Position numbers and translations under genes: made by a program. This document shows positions 57,201 to 64,000 of a DNA stretch of 64,000 nucleotides, in pieces. Every line of letters begins with the position of its first letter. Position 1 is the first letter of the stretch. Source of the DNA: a virus. Taxonomy: Duplodnaviria; Caudoviricetes. A model generated the notes under the pieces. The model was not told where the DNA came from, ran no database searches, and saw only the letters and a program-made list of their open reading frames with translations. Location: the IMG/VR virus record IMGVR_UViG_2931736537_000001, positions 32,001-96,000 of that record, one strand, 5' to 3'.

Positions 57201-58915
57201 GCGGTGCCCAGGCTCAGGAAGGCCGCGCGCAGGCCGGCCAGGCCGCCGCCAGCGGCGACCGACGTGGCGTGCAGCGCGGCAATACGGGCCTGCACGGTGG
57301 CCAGGCCGCCGGCTACCGCCGCGATACCGGCGCCGGCGAGCTGCACGAGCTTCAGCGCGGCGGCGACCTGGATGATCGTGCCGACCAGTTCCGGGGGCAG
57401 GGCCGCGACCAGCTTGGCGGCGGCGTTGACCAGGGTCAGCATCGTGGGTCCGGCCTCTGCGGCGCCCTCGAACAGGTTGCCCACGGCGTCGCCGAGGTTG
57501 GACAGCGTCTCGCGGGCCTCGTCGCCGTTGGCCCGGATGTAGTCCATGACCTGGGCCAGGGGGCCGCCGACCTCGCCTTCGGACATCAGCCGCAGGACGT
57601 GCACGAGCCGGTCGCCCATCCGGTCCAGGGTCTGGTCCGTGAAGTCGGCGAACCGGTCGCTGGCTGCGTCGAAGCCGGGCGTATTCACTGCTCCGCCCGC
57701 GAGGGTGACGAGCCGGTCCAGCTCCCGGGACGCCGACTTCACCTCAGGCGTGAGGTGCGGCAGCAGCGCGTCCATGAGCGCCAGTGAGTGGATGACCGGC
57801 TGCATGGTGGAACCGCTGAGACTGTCCGACCACTGCTGGTAGTTGTCCTTCAGCTCGGCCAGGGCCATCGCGGCGCGCTGTGCCTCGGGCGGGAGCTGGG
57901 CGAGCTGGGACTGGTACTCCGCCTGCGCTTCGGCGGCCTTCTGCGAGGTCGCGCCGTGCTGGCGCACCGCGTCCTGGTACTTCGTCGCGGCGTCCGACAC
58001 CTCGGAGATGGCGGTGAGCTGCCCGGCGACGGCCAACCCGAAGGCGGTGGCCGCGGCGCCGGACGCGGCGAAGATGCCGGGCAGCGGGGCGAGGGCGGTC
58101 GCCAGCGGGATGACTGCCGGCGCGAGCAGCATGAGGCCCTGGAGGCCGCCGCCCGCGTCGCCGCCACCACCGCCGCCGCCGAGCGTGCGGGGTAGGTCTC
58201 CCAGGCCGCTGGTATCGGCGCGGACCCGGACGGTGATGGTCTGGTCCGTCTGCGCCCAGCGCACGGCGGCGCTGACGTCCCGGCGCAGTTGCATCGGGTC
58301 CGCGAGCCCGATCGGGATGTCGATGCGGTGGCCCCACGAGGCCCAGCGCACGGCGTTCTGTACGTCCCGGCGCAGTTGCTGAGCGTCGACGAGCCGTAGA
58401 CCGACGGCCAGGCCACGGTCGGGGTCGGCGCCGCCCACTGCGGCCTGTACCTCGGCGCGCAGGCTGCTTCCGTTGCCCCGCAGTCCGATCGGCACTTCGA
58501 TGCGGTGGCCCCACGAGGCCCAGCGCACGGCGTTCTGCACGTCCCGGCGCAGTTGCTGAGCGTCGGCGAGCCGCAGACCGACGGCCAGGCCCTGGCCGGT
58601 GCCGGCGGCACCGACCGCGGCCTGTACGTCGCTGCGCAGGGTCGCCGCGTCGACGCGGAGCCCGACGTGGATGTCCGAGGTTGCCTCGCGACGCAGCTCG
58701 GCCAGTTCCCGGCGAAGGTCACTGACGTCGCCGCGGGCGTCGCGGACCTCCCGGGCCAGCGTCGTCAGGCTGCCGCTGCCCAGGGCGTCCAGGTTCCGGC
58801 GGGCGTCGGCCAGTTCGCGGGAGAGGTCGCGGGCCTGGTTGGTGGAGCGGCGCAGGGTGCGCACGAGGTTGTCGCTGTTGCCGGTCAGGGAGACCGACAG
58901 GTTCCAGGCGACCAC
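54281..58915 (-). CDS. Tape measure protein
   Basis: ~1544 aa, Ala-rich helical, TM-like segments, ADGG...GEAYxP motifs; follows tail chaperones. Confidence 0.92.
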   Translation of the reverse strand: MVAWNLSVSLTGNSDNLVRTLRRSTNQARDLSRELADARRNLDALGSGSLTTLAREVRDARGDVSDLRRELAELRREATSDIHVGLRVDAATLRSDVQAAVGAAGTGQGLAVGLRLADAQQLRRDVQNAVRWASWGHRIEVPIGLRGNGSSLRAEVQAAVGGADPDRGLAVGLRLVDAQQLRRDVQNAVRWASWGHRIDIPIGLADPMQLRRDVSAAVRWAQTDQTITVRVRADTSGLGDLPRTLGGGGGGGDAGGGLQGLMLLAPAVIPLATALAPLPGIFAASGAAATAFGLAVAGQLTAISEVSDAATKYQDAVRQHGATSQKAAEAQAEYQSQLAQLPPEAQRAAMALAELKDNYQQWSDSLSGSTMQPVIHSLALMDALLPHLTPEVKSASRELDRLVTLAGGAVNTPGFDAASDRFADFTDQTLDRMGDRLVHVLRLMSEGEVGGPLAQVMDYIRANGDEARETLSNLGDAVGNLFEGAAEAGPTMLTLVNAAAKLVAALPPELVGTIIQVAAALKLVQLAGAGIAAVAGGLATVQARIAALHATSVAAGGGLAGLRAAFLSLGTAARASVIVAGIGLAAAAIHELMEMGKEAPPDIDRLTTSLGKLGQSGKVTGELSKNFGQDLDDLYDKIRNITDPSTADNVQNALVKIFSLTLMDSTPWQEARENLDAIDEGLANLVKGGKADQAAAAYERLKEAYAKGGHDVGEFTGQMDQYKSAVEDLEFEQSLAAASMGIFGKAAQDTQARLDAQKASADGLRQSIVALNDVNRKAGSAMSAFEASIDDVAKAAKEHHNVLKMRDGQLDLGNDKAREAEKTLSELAANTDAATTAAREQGRSWEDVTGIYEKGRKTFIDAADTMGLTREQAEALADSYLQIPDEKTTRLEMRNEDALAGLNAVIEQIEATPDAKSVKVDALTKDAVTVLESLGFEVTRLPDGQFEVTAETGTAKDRLEGLKATRDGLQNKTITIDANSANAVQDLDAVIAKIRATPGAKSVTVKTLSQTAIQALNAVGFTTRTLPDGRVVVTAATGTALSNIGAVQGARDALSDKSITITTRHVSIYETVHTQTQTTADLIEQQARNFGAQADGGIVDFYADGGLRRENHIAQIARGGDWRIWAEDETHGEAYVPFARSKRPRSRRITEEVVRRLGGDPSGIAWNADGGITRYADGGMSFSYSSSGTAANKYTLSGLINASNDKKGNFSLSIFTKKLAQSNNALAAWRKNLDTVARRAGQDVADALAEMGDEGIELTRQMATGSSKYLKQMSKELQNLANAAKASLPEYTSQLTDAVKDQTAFQKNLATLAARGYGDLAARLAEQNDQDAADLAAAAVKDNKKAAAANSAAKKANTTLSSDQVEDLVQIISAVTSSKVGIHDVAEKTGLSEEDIIDIANLAKSQIQSALGSRATKFLADLGAANKGLAFADGGIREGIYSTSAGLVRFAEPSTGGEAYIPLGLGRRDRATAVLDDVAGRFGYTLTGAQDAQSSRVRVIVIRQPAALIGSMPVTMAAAPGATPEQFGAEVMRRLRNAQRGGRA
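58320..58591. repeat. Near-identical ~95-bp direct repeat (177-bp period) inside tape measure gene
   Basis: 58320-58414 vs 58497-58591; encodes LAVGLRL.DAQQLRRDVQNAVRWASWGHRI. Confidence 0.85.
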
Positions 58916-58938
58916 CGCCGCTTCCTCCTTCCTGGCTG

Positions 58939-59322
58939 CTACCTGCGGTGGTCCCGGAGTGCACGCGCCCGGGTGCGCATTTCGTACACGGCCCTGGGGA
59001 GCAGGCCGACCTTGACGCCGAAGCCGTGCGGTCCGTCCGGAACGTTTTCGCGTTCGTGGGCGATCAGTTCGCAGCCGGGGCAGCGGCTGGTGGAGCTGAC
59101 GTAGGCGAACCGGTCGCCGCCGGCGTCTTCGTCCCACTCGTCGCTGCGGGTTCCGCACGACGCGCAGGTCGCCCGCATCAGGTCCTGGTAGGCGAGGGCC
59201 TTGGCGCGGTCGGCGGGGCTCCAGGTGCCGTCACCGCCGTGGAACTGGCTGTGCGGGATGCCCCACCGGTCACAGAGTTCGAGTTCGGCTCTCAGCCGCG
59301 GGTCGGCCCGGAGCCTTTTCCC
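58939..59322 (-). CDS. Tail assembly chaperone, -1 frameshift extension (gpT-like)
   Basis: RLRADPRLRAELELCDRWGIPHSQF frame entered at G GGA AAA. Confidence 0.8.
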   Translation of the reverse strand, partial: GKRLRADPRLRAELELCDRWGIPHSQFHGGDGTWSPADRAKALAYQDLMRATCASCGTRSDEWDEDAGGDRFAYVSSTSRCPGCELIAHERENVPDGPHGFGVKVGLLPRAVYEMRTRARALRDHRR

Positions 59323-59861
59323 CAGTCGCTCCGCCGTGTGTTCTGCGCCGAGAGGGCGGCCTGGAACAGGCCGGCACGGTCGGCCACGCCCCAGGTGGCG
59401 AGCAGCTCTGCTGCGTCGTCCTCGGTCATGGGGTCGACGCTGGCGGCGGCGACCAGCGCGGCGGGGAAGGTGTCCTCGTTCCAGTCGCTGCCGTTCTCGG
59501 CCTGCTCTTCGGTCGGGGGGTGTGCCTTGACGAGCTTGGTGAAGGTGTCGCCGGGCAGGGACCGGAAGACGAGGACCTCGCAGTCCGCCTCGTGGGCCGT
59601 CCGGGCCTCTTCCAGGGCCTTCTCCGCGGCGTCGGCGGCCACGGCCAGTTCGGCGTCCTCCGGGGCGGCCTCGGCGTGCTTGCGGGCGCGCTGGGCGAAG
59701 CGGCGGGCTTCCTCGAACTTCTCCCGCAGCGCCTGGTCCTGCCACAGGTACAGGGGGACTTCGGCGGCGGCCCGGGCCTTGAGGCGGGCCATCTTCTGCG
59801 CCCAGTGGGCGTCGGCAGCCACGGCCTTGGCGGGCGGTTCGTTGTGGATGGCGGCGCTCAC
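59292..59861 (-). CDS. Tail assembly chaperone (gpG-like)
   Basis: Between major tail and tape measure; HPPT; ends DWGK slippery site. Confidence 0.85.
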   Translation of the reverse strand: MSAAIHNEPPAKAVAADAHWAQKMARLKARAAAEVPLYLWQDQALREKFEEARRFAQRARKHAEAAPEDAELAVAADAAEKALEEARTAHEADCEVLVFRSLPGDTFTKLVKAHPPTEEQAENGSDWNEDTFPAALVAAASVDPMTEDDAAELLATWGVADRAGLFQAALSAQNTRRSDWGKGSGPTRG

Positions 59862-60403
59862 TGGGCCAGCTCCTTCTTCGCGCGGTTCGTGACGGTCTGG
59901 GCGCCGGCGGCGGCGGGCACGGCGAGGCCCTGCTTCGGGCGGCGGGTGATGGTGAATTTGGTCTCGAACTTCGCGGCTTCGTTGTCGGTGCTGTACGCGG
60001 GCGACTGGGAGCCGACGCGGATCGGGAAGACGTCCATGGACTTGCTGGCGGGGACGTCGCCCTTGCGCAGGATGACGATGTTGCCGACGGTGCCCTTCTT
60101 CAGGAGCTCCTCGATGACGGCCGTCACCTTGTCCTCGTAGAAGGTGAAGGACGAGTCCTCGGCCTTGTCGGAGCCGGGGATGGAGCTGTCGAAGTCGTCG
60201 CTCATGTCCGGCGTCTCGATGCTCTGGTTCTCGAGCGTGAAACCGGAGATGCCGGCGATCGCCGCGGACAGGTTGGTGCCCGCGTCGAGTTCGGCACGGG
60301 TGGGGGTGAGGTCCGTCGTATCGGCGATCTCGGGGACGAACAGGAAGATGGAGACGCCGCGCCGGGAGAACTTCTCGACCGGCGTGGCTGCGGGCAGTGC
60401 CAT
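59858..60403 (-). CDS. Major tail (tube) protein
   Basis: PTRAELDAG...TPD...IPG...DVFP; gene order. Confidence 0.88.
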   Translation of the reverse strand: MALPAATPVEKFSRRGVSIFLFVPEIADTTDLTPTRAELDAGTNLSAAIAGISGFTLENQSIETPDMSDDFDSSIPGSDKAEDSSFTFYEDKVTAVIEELLKKGTVGNIVILRKGDVPASKSMDVFPIRVGSQSPAYSTDNEAAKFETKFTITRRPKQGLAVPAAAGAQTVTNRAKKELAQ

Positions 60404-60504
60404 GAGGAAGCCCCTCGGGTCTGAGCGTGTCAGAACTGGTTGGCCACCTGGTACTGGTGGCTCGTCCGCGTGAGGGGCCGCCGCGGTGCGGAGTGGCCGG
60501 ACGG

Positions 60505-60939
60505 TCAGCCGGCCGATCGGGTCCAGCGGAGCCGGAACCTGATCACATAGAAAACGATAGCCGCGGCTGCGTCCTCCTCCGGTCCAGCGTCGAGGTCCAG
60601 GTCGCGGGCGTAGCAGGACCATCCCGGCACGGCGAGGGCGTGCAGCCACCCCCCTCGGTCGTCGCGGCCGAGGACGCCGGTGCGGGCCCGGTCGCCGAGC
60701 CACTCGGCCTGGGCGTGATTGCGGGCCACGCAGTCGACCTGGTACACGGTGTCGGCGTCCTCGTGCCGGTCGGTGAACGGGGCGCCGGCCAGGGTGAGGG
60801 GCAGGGAACGGAGCACGCTGTACGGCGGCTCGGCCGGCTTTCCGCCGACCTGGGGCAGTGCACCCGTGCCGCACGGTTTCCCGGTCGCCGCGGCGAGCAG
60901 CCCCTGCAGCGCGGTCGTCACGAGGCGGCGTTCGATCAC
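60505..60939 (-). CDS. Tail terminator-like protein
   Basis: PPYSVL...YQVDCVA...AEWLGD; gene order. Confidence 0.75.
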   Translation of the reverse strand: MIERRLVTTALQGLLAAATGKPCGTGALPQVGGKPAEPPYSVLRSLPLTLAGAPFTDRHEDADTVYQVDCVARNHAQAEWLGDRARTGVLGRDDRGGWLHALAVPGWSCYARDLDLDAGPEEDAAAAIVFYVIRFRLRWTRSAG

Positions 60940-61343
60940 GCGAGTGCCTCCATCGCGGCGGTGCCGATCCGCTCGGCGAAGCGTGGCCGGACCACGGCGA
61001 GGGCTGGCGCGACGTGCGGGAAGGGCGGTTGGGCGTAGACGCGTCCCAGGGAGTCGGCGCCGTAGAAGCCGAGTTCGAGCCGGCGGCCCTGCGGTGCAAA
61101 GGTCCCCACGATGGCGGTCGCCCCGTTCCCGTGGGGGAACACCTGTGTCTGCCAACTGGCGCGGTAGCGGCCGGTGATGACGTTCGGCCCGGGCCGGCCG
61201 CTCGCGGCGGCCTGGATGAGGTGCTGCAGCAGGAGCGCCTCGTGCCGGACCGCCTGTTCGGTCGCCAGCCCCACCCGAGCGGCGGCCTGGGCCATAGCGG
61301 CGGCGAGTTGGTCGGGGTCGGTGAAGTACCGGGTGGTGGTCAC
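60936..61343 (-). CDS. HK97 gp10-like neck protein
   Basis: TGRYRASW...RLELG...PHVAPA. Confidence 0.8.
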   Translation of the reverse strand: MTTTRYFTDPDQLAAAMAQAAARVGLATEQAVRHEALLLQHLIQAAASGRPGPNVITGRYRASWQTQVFPHGNGATAIVGTFAPQGRRLELGFYGADSLGRVYAQPPFPHVAPALAVVRPRFAERIGTAAMEALA

Positions 61344-61765
61344 GGGCTGCCTCCTCTCGGGTTGCTCTCGTCGACCCAGGTCACGCGGACTGCGATGACC
61401 GTGGCGGCCTGGCCCGGCTGGGTACAGCGCCAGGAGCGGCCGAGCAGGGCCGGGTCCTGCGCGGCCTGCAGGACCTGCACGGTGTCGTCCCGTTCGGCGA
61501 CCGGCGCGTCCGCCGGGGTGATGAGCCGGTAGGCGGTCCGGGGATCGTCCGGGTACGGCTGGGTGGCGACGGGTGCGGTGATGCCGGGTGCCGCACTGGC
61601 GTCGAAGAGGGCGCCCGGGCCCTCGTAGACGACGGCCGGTGGCGGGTCCTCCAACTCGCCGGTGGCCGGGTTGAGGACCGGCGGGCCGGCGGGCCGGCTG
61701 ATCCGCACGGTGTCGCCCATCACCAGGTCCTGGACGAGCGCCCCGAGGAAGCTCAGGTCCAGCAT
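61340..61765 (-). CDS. Head-tail adaptor/stopper (DUF6093-like)
   Basis: MGDTVRISR...VYEGPG; gene order. Confidence 0.75.
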   Translation of the reverse strand: MLDLSFLGALVQDLVMGDTVRISRPAGPPVLNPATGELEDPPPAVVYEGPGALFDASAAPGITAPVATQPYPDDPRTAYRLITPADAPVAERDDTVQVLQAAQDPALLGRSWRCTQPGQAATVIAVRVTWVDESNPRGGSP

Positions 61766-61767
61766 GC

Positions 61768-62145
61768 TCAGCCGTCACCCCCTGCCCAGGCGGCGAGCTG
61801 GCGGAGTAGGGCGCTGGTCAGCTCGGTGGGGCTCCCGTCGAGGTCGTCACGGTCCAGGACGGCCCGCTGCAGGCGGGCGGGGTCGACGCTGGCCAGGAAT
61901 GCCGCGATGGCCTCGGCCGGTGGTGTCTCGCTGGCCACGGCAATCTGTGCGTGGCCGTCGAAGACGGCGCCGGCGTTCGGCCGGGCGTAGAGCACGAGCA
62001 GCGGGGGCTGGTTGGCCCGGTGCTCGAGGGTGTAGCCGGACAGTGCGCCGGTCACGTCGGTCCCGTCGAGGGTGACGGCGGCGCGCACCCCTTCGGTGGT
62101 GATGCGTACGGCGTGCAGGTCGTCGGCCAGGCTGGCGTTGTTCAT
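61768..62145 (-). CDS. Phage hypothetical protein
   Basis: ORF in the late operon. Confidence 0.65.
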   Translation of the reverse strand: MNNASLADDLHAVRITTEGVRAAVTLDGTDVTGALSGYTLEHRANQPPLLVLYARPNAGAVFDGHAQIAVASETPPAEAIAAFLASVDPARLQRAVLDRDDLDGSPTELTSALLRQLAAWAGGDG

Positions 62146-62180
62146 ACGGTGGGCATCCTGATCAGTCGGTTGGCCGGTGG

Positions 62181-62378
62181 TTACTCGTCGTCGGGGGCGC
62201 GCTCGGTGTCAGTACTGACGGAGAACCCGAACGGGGTCTCGGCCTGCTCCTCCTGGTCGCCGGGCATGGCGGCCAGCAGACGGAGTGCGACTCCTTCGGC
62301 AGCCTTCAGCGCGGCCTGGGTGTTCTGGCCCAGCTCGATGTCGATCTCACGGCCGGGTGCGCGGACGGTCAGGCGCAT
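62181..62378 (-). CDS. Phage hypothetical protein
   Basis: ORF in the late operon, PFGF motif. Confidence 0.6.
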   Translation of the reverse strand: MRLTVRAPGREIDIELGQNTQAALKAAEGVALRLLAAMPGDQEEQAETPFGFSVSTDTERAPDDE

Positions 62379-62623
62379 CGGGTGTCGCCCTTCTGCTGGT
62401 TGGGCCAGTGCCAGGTGCCGCCGGTCAGCGGGACGGGCTCGGCGTGCGGCAGCGGGCCGCTGCAGAAGAAGCCCTCGGGGCTGAAGACGGTGAGGGTGGG
62501 CTGGTCGACGTCGTCGACGGCGGTGACGATCGCCGCCCGGCAGGTGCTGGGGTACTGGCCGTCGGCGCTGCCGCGGGCGACGTAGTGGACGATGCGGCCG
62601 ATGACCAAGGGCTGGCTGCTCAT
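62369..62623 (-). CDS. Phage hypothetical protein
   Basis: IGRIVHYV...CRAAIVT...GTWHWP. Confidence 0.75.
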   Translation of the reverse strand: MSSQPLVIGRIVHYVARGSADGQYPSTCRAAIVTAVDDVDQPTLTVFSPEGFFCSGPLPHAEPVPLTGGTWHWPNQQKGDTRCA

Positions 62624-63471
62624 GAGTGCTGTCCCTCCTCGATGGCGGGGTCTTCGTTGAGGTCCGGGCGGGGGATGAAGCGGCGGAGGCAGCCGGGGTG
62701 CGCGATCGGGTGGGCGGCGGCCTCCTCGGCGGAGCGGAAGGTGTTGTGGGCCAGGTCGGGGTCGGTGTGGACGGTCCATCCGCACTCCGGGCCGTCGGTG
62801 ACGTGCACCCAGTGCGCTGCCAGGTCCGCCGTGGTCGCGGTCAGCGCCCCGGTGTTGGCGACGGTGACGGCCTGGGCGGTCAGGGCAGTGCGGGCCCAGG
62901 AGAAGGCCGGGTGCCGGGCGCCGTGCTCGTAGGTGACGGTGTCCAGCGGGTGGGCAGCGGCCAGGTCCTCGGTATCCGGTGAGGTAGTCGAACGGGCGGC
63001 GGAGGTGACGGCCCGGGCGAAGGCTTGGGCGCGGCGGACGGTGTCCGTGACCCGGCGCATGAGCGCGGAGTAGCAGGCGTCGGTCAGTACGCTCAGCACG
63101 TCCTGGTGGGTCGACGTCCAGTCAAAGGACGGCCGCCGGCGGCCGGGGGCGAGAACGGCGGTGCGCAGGGCGTCCTCGGCTCCCAGCCGGTAGGCCCAGG
63201 GCAGGTCGACGGCGGTCCACCGTTCGAAGAGGGCACCGATGTCGGTGCTGAAGCGGCGGGTCGCCGTGGTGAAGACTTTCAGGGCGTCGCGTACGGCCAG
63301 GGGCACGGAGCCGGGCCGGAGGCCTCGGCGGCGGGCGCCGGCCAGCGCGCGGAGTACCGTCTGCTGGGCTGTGGTCAGCCGGGTCCAGCCGCGCTCGAGC
63401 TGCTCCAGTGCCGCGCGGATCAGTTGCCGCAGCGCCTCGTTGCGGGTGGGCTCGCCCGGTGGGGTGGTCAT
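62620..63471 (-). CDS. Minor capsid / MuF-like head morphogenesis protein
   Basis: C-terminal DGPEC...HPGCLR motif. Confidence 0.65.
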   Translation of the reverse strand: MTTPPGEPTRNEALRQLIRAALEQLERGWTRLTTAQQTVLRALAGARRRGLRPGSVPLAVRDALKVFTTATRRFSTDIGALFERWTAVDLPWAYRLGAEDALRTAVLAPGRRRPSFDWTSTHQDVLSVLTDACYSALMRRVTDTVRRAQAFARAVTSAARSTTSPDTEDLAAAHPLDTVTYEHGARHPAFSWARTALTAQAVTVANTGALTATTADLAAHWVHVTDGPECGWTVHTDPDLAHNTFRSAEEAAAHPIAHPGCLRRFIPRPDLNEDPAIEEGQHS

Positions 63472-63800
63472 CGGCGGGGCCGCTCGCGCAGGCGCAGGAT
63501 GCCGCTGCTCTGTTCGGTGCCCTCGCCCGGTGTCTCCTCGCCGGGCACGGGCGTGGTCGGGTCCTCGAGTTCGGCGATGAGCCGGTCCAGGACGGCGACG
63601 TTGCCACTGGTGTCGACGGACACCACGCCGCTGAGGGTGACCTTCAGCGGCTGCGCGATGAGCGACGCGCGGCGTTCGCGCAGCACCTCGAGCGCCACGG
63701 CCCGCAGCGAGTGCAGTCGGGTGTAGCGCGTCTCGAGGTCGGTGGTGTCGGTGGCCGGGCCGAGGGTGGCCAGCAGCCATCGGCGGGATGCTTCATCCAC
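63468..63800 (-). CDS. Head-tail connector-like protein
   Basis: Size, position, ALEVLRERRA helix. Confidence 0.6.
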   Translation of the reverse strand: MDEASRRWLLATLGPATDTTDLETRYTRLHSLRAVALEVLRERRASLIAQPLKVTLSGVVSVDTSGNVAVLDRLIAELEDPTTPVPGEETPGEGTEQSSGILRLRERPRR

Positions 63801-63828
63801 GGGACAGCCCCAGCTGGTGGGAAGGGGT

Positions 63829-63873
63829 GTCCGGTGCAGGGCGGGCGAGGACGGGTCCCGCCCTGCACCGGAC
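63829..63873. terminator. GC hairpin GTCCGGTGCAGGGCGGG...CCCGCCCTGCACCGGAC
   Basis: 17-bp perfect stem in the intergenic gap. Confidence 0.7.
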
Positions 63874-63886
63874 GTGAGGGGCCGAC

Positions 63887-64000
63887 TTACTCGTCGGTCT
63901 TGGAGGCCGGGCGGCGGGCGCGCGGCTTCTTCTCCAGCTCCTGGTCGGCCGGCTTCTGCGCGCCCGGGTCGGCGCCCGGGACGGCGTCCTTCTCGGCGCT
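63887..64000 (-). CDS. C-terminal end of a small phage protein (5' end beyond window)
   Basis: Open frame ending ...EKKPRARRPASKTDE*. Confidence 0.5.
   Translation of the reverse strand, partial: SAEKDAVPGADPGAQKPADQELEKKPRARRPASKTDE

Noticed and set aside
55523-57787. Long plus-strand ORFs opposite tail, rep and cargo genes (also 2520-4085, 16419-18218, 49278-51359)
   Set aside because: Antisense shadow ORFs typical of high-GC DNA; no motifs or RBS
1-64000. tRNA, rRNA or IS elements
   Set aside because: No cloverleaf, rRNA signature, transposase motif or terminal inverted repeats recognised by eye

Overview
High-GC, Streptomyces-like DNA from what looks like a large phage-plasmid (plasmid prophage). 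The left end carries a plasmid maintenance module: parB (cut by the window edge), a DciA/DUF721 helicase-loader homologue and an HTH replication initiator. Six copies of a 19-bp palindrome (GTGATTGC-GGG-GCAATCAC, candidate parS) lie in and near it. Next come WhiB, an orphan C5 DNA methyltransferase, an AAA_24 ATPase and a tandem RHH protein. The middle (~9-37 kb) holds many small accessory ORFs, a Cre-like tyrosine recombinase, LexA, an XRE/prim-pol/DUF6415 module, and a HEPN gene coupled to a degenerate recombinase. At 37.4-44 kb a five-gene cargo operon (class III aminotransferase, atypical sirtuin-fold protein, UDP-glucose dehydrogenase, GNAT, RmlD-like reductase) sits divergent from a GntR regulator. 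The right 20 kb is a siphovirus late operon on the minus strand: head-tail genes, major tail, frameshifted tail chaperones, tape measure, Dit and minor tail proteins, a CBM4-GH6 glucanase without signal peptide, a papain-like protease, endolysin and holin. All family calls come from motif recognition by eye; no database search was run.
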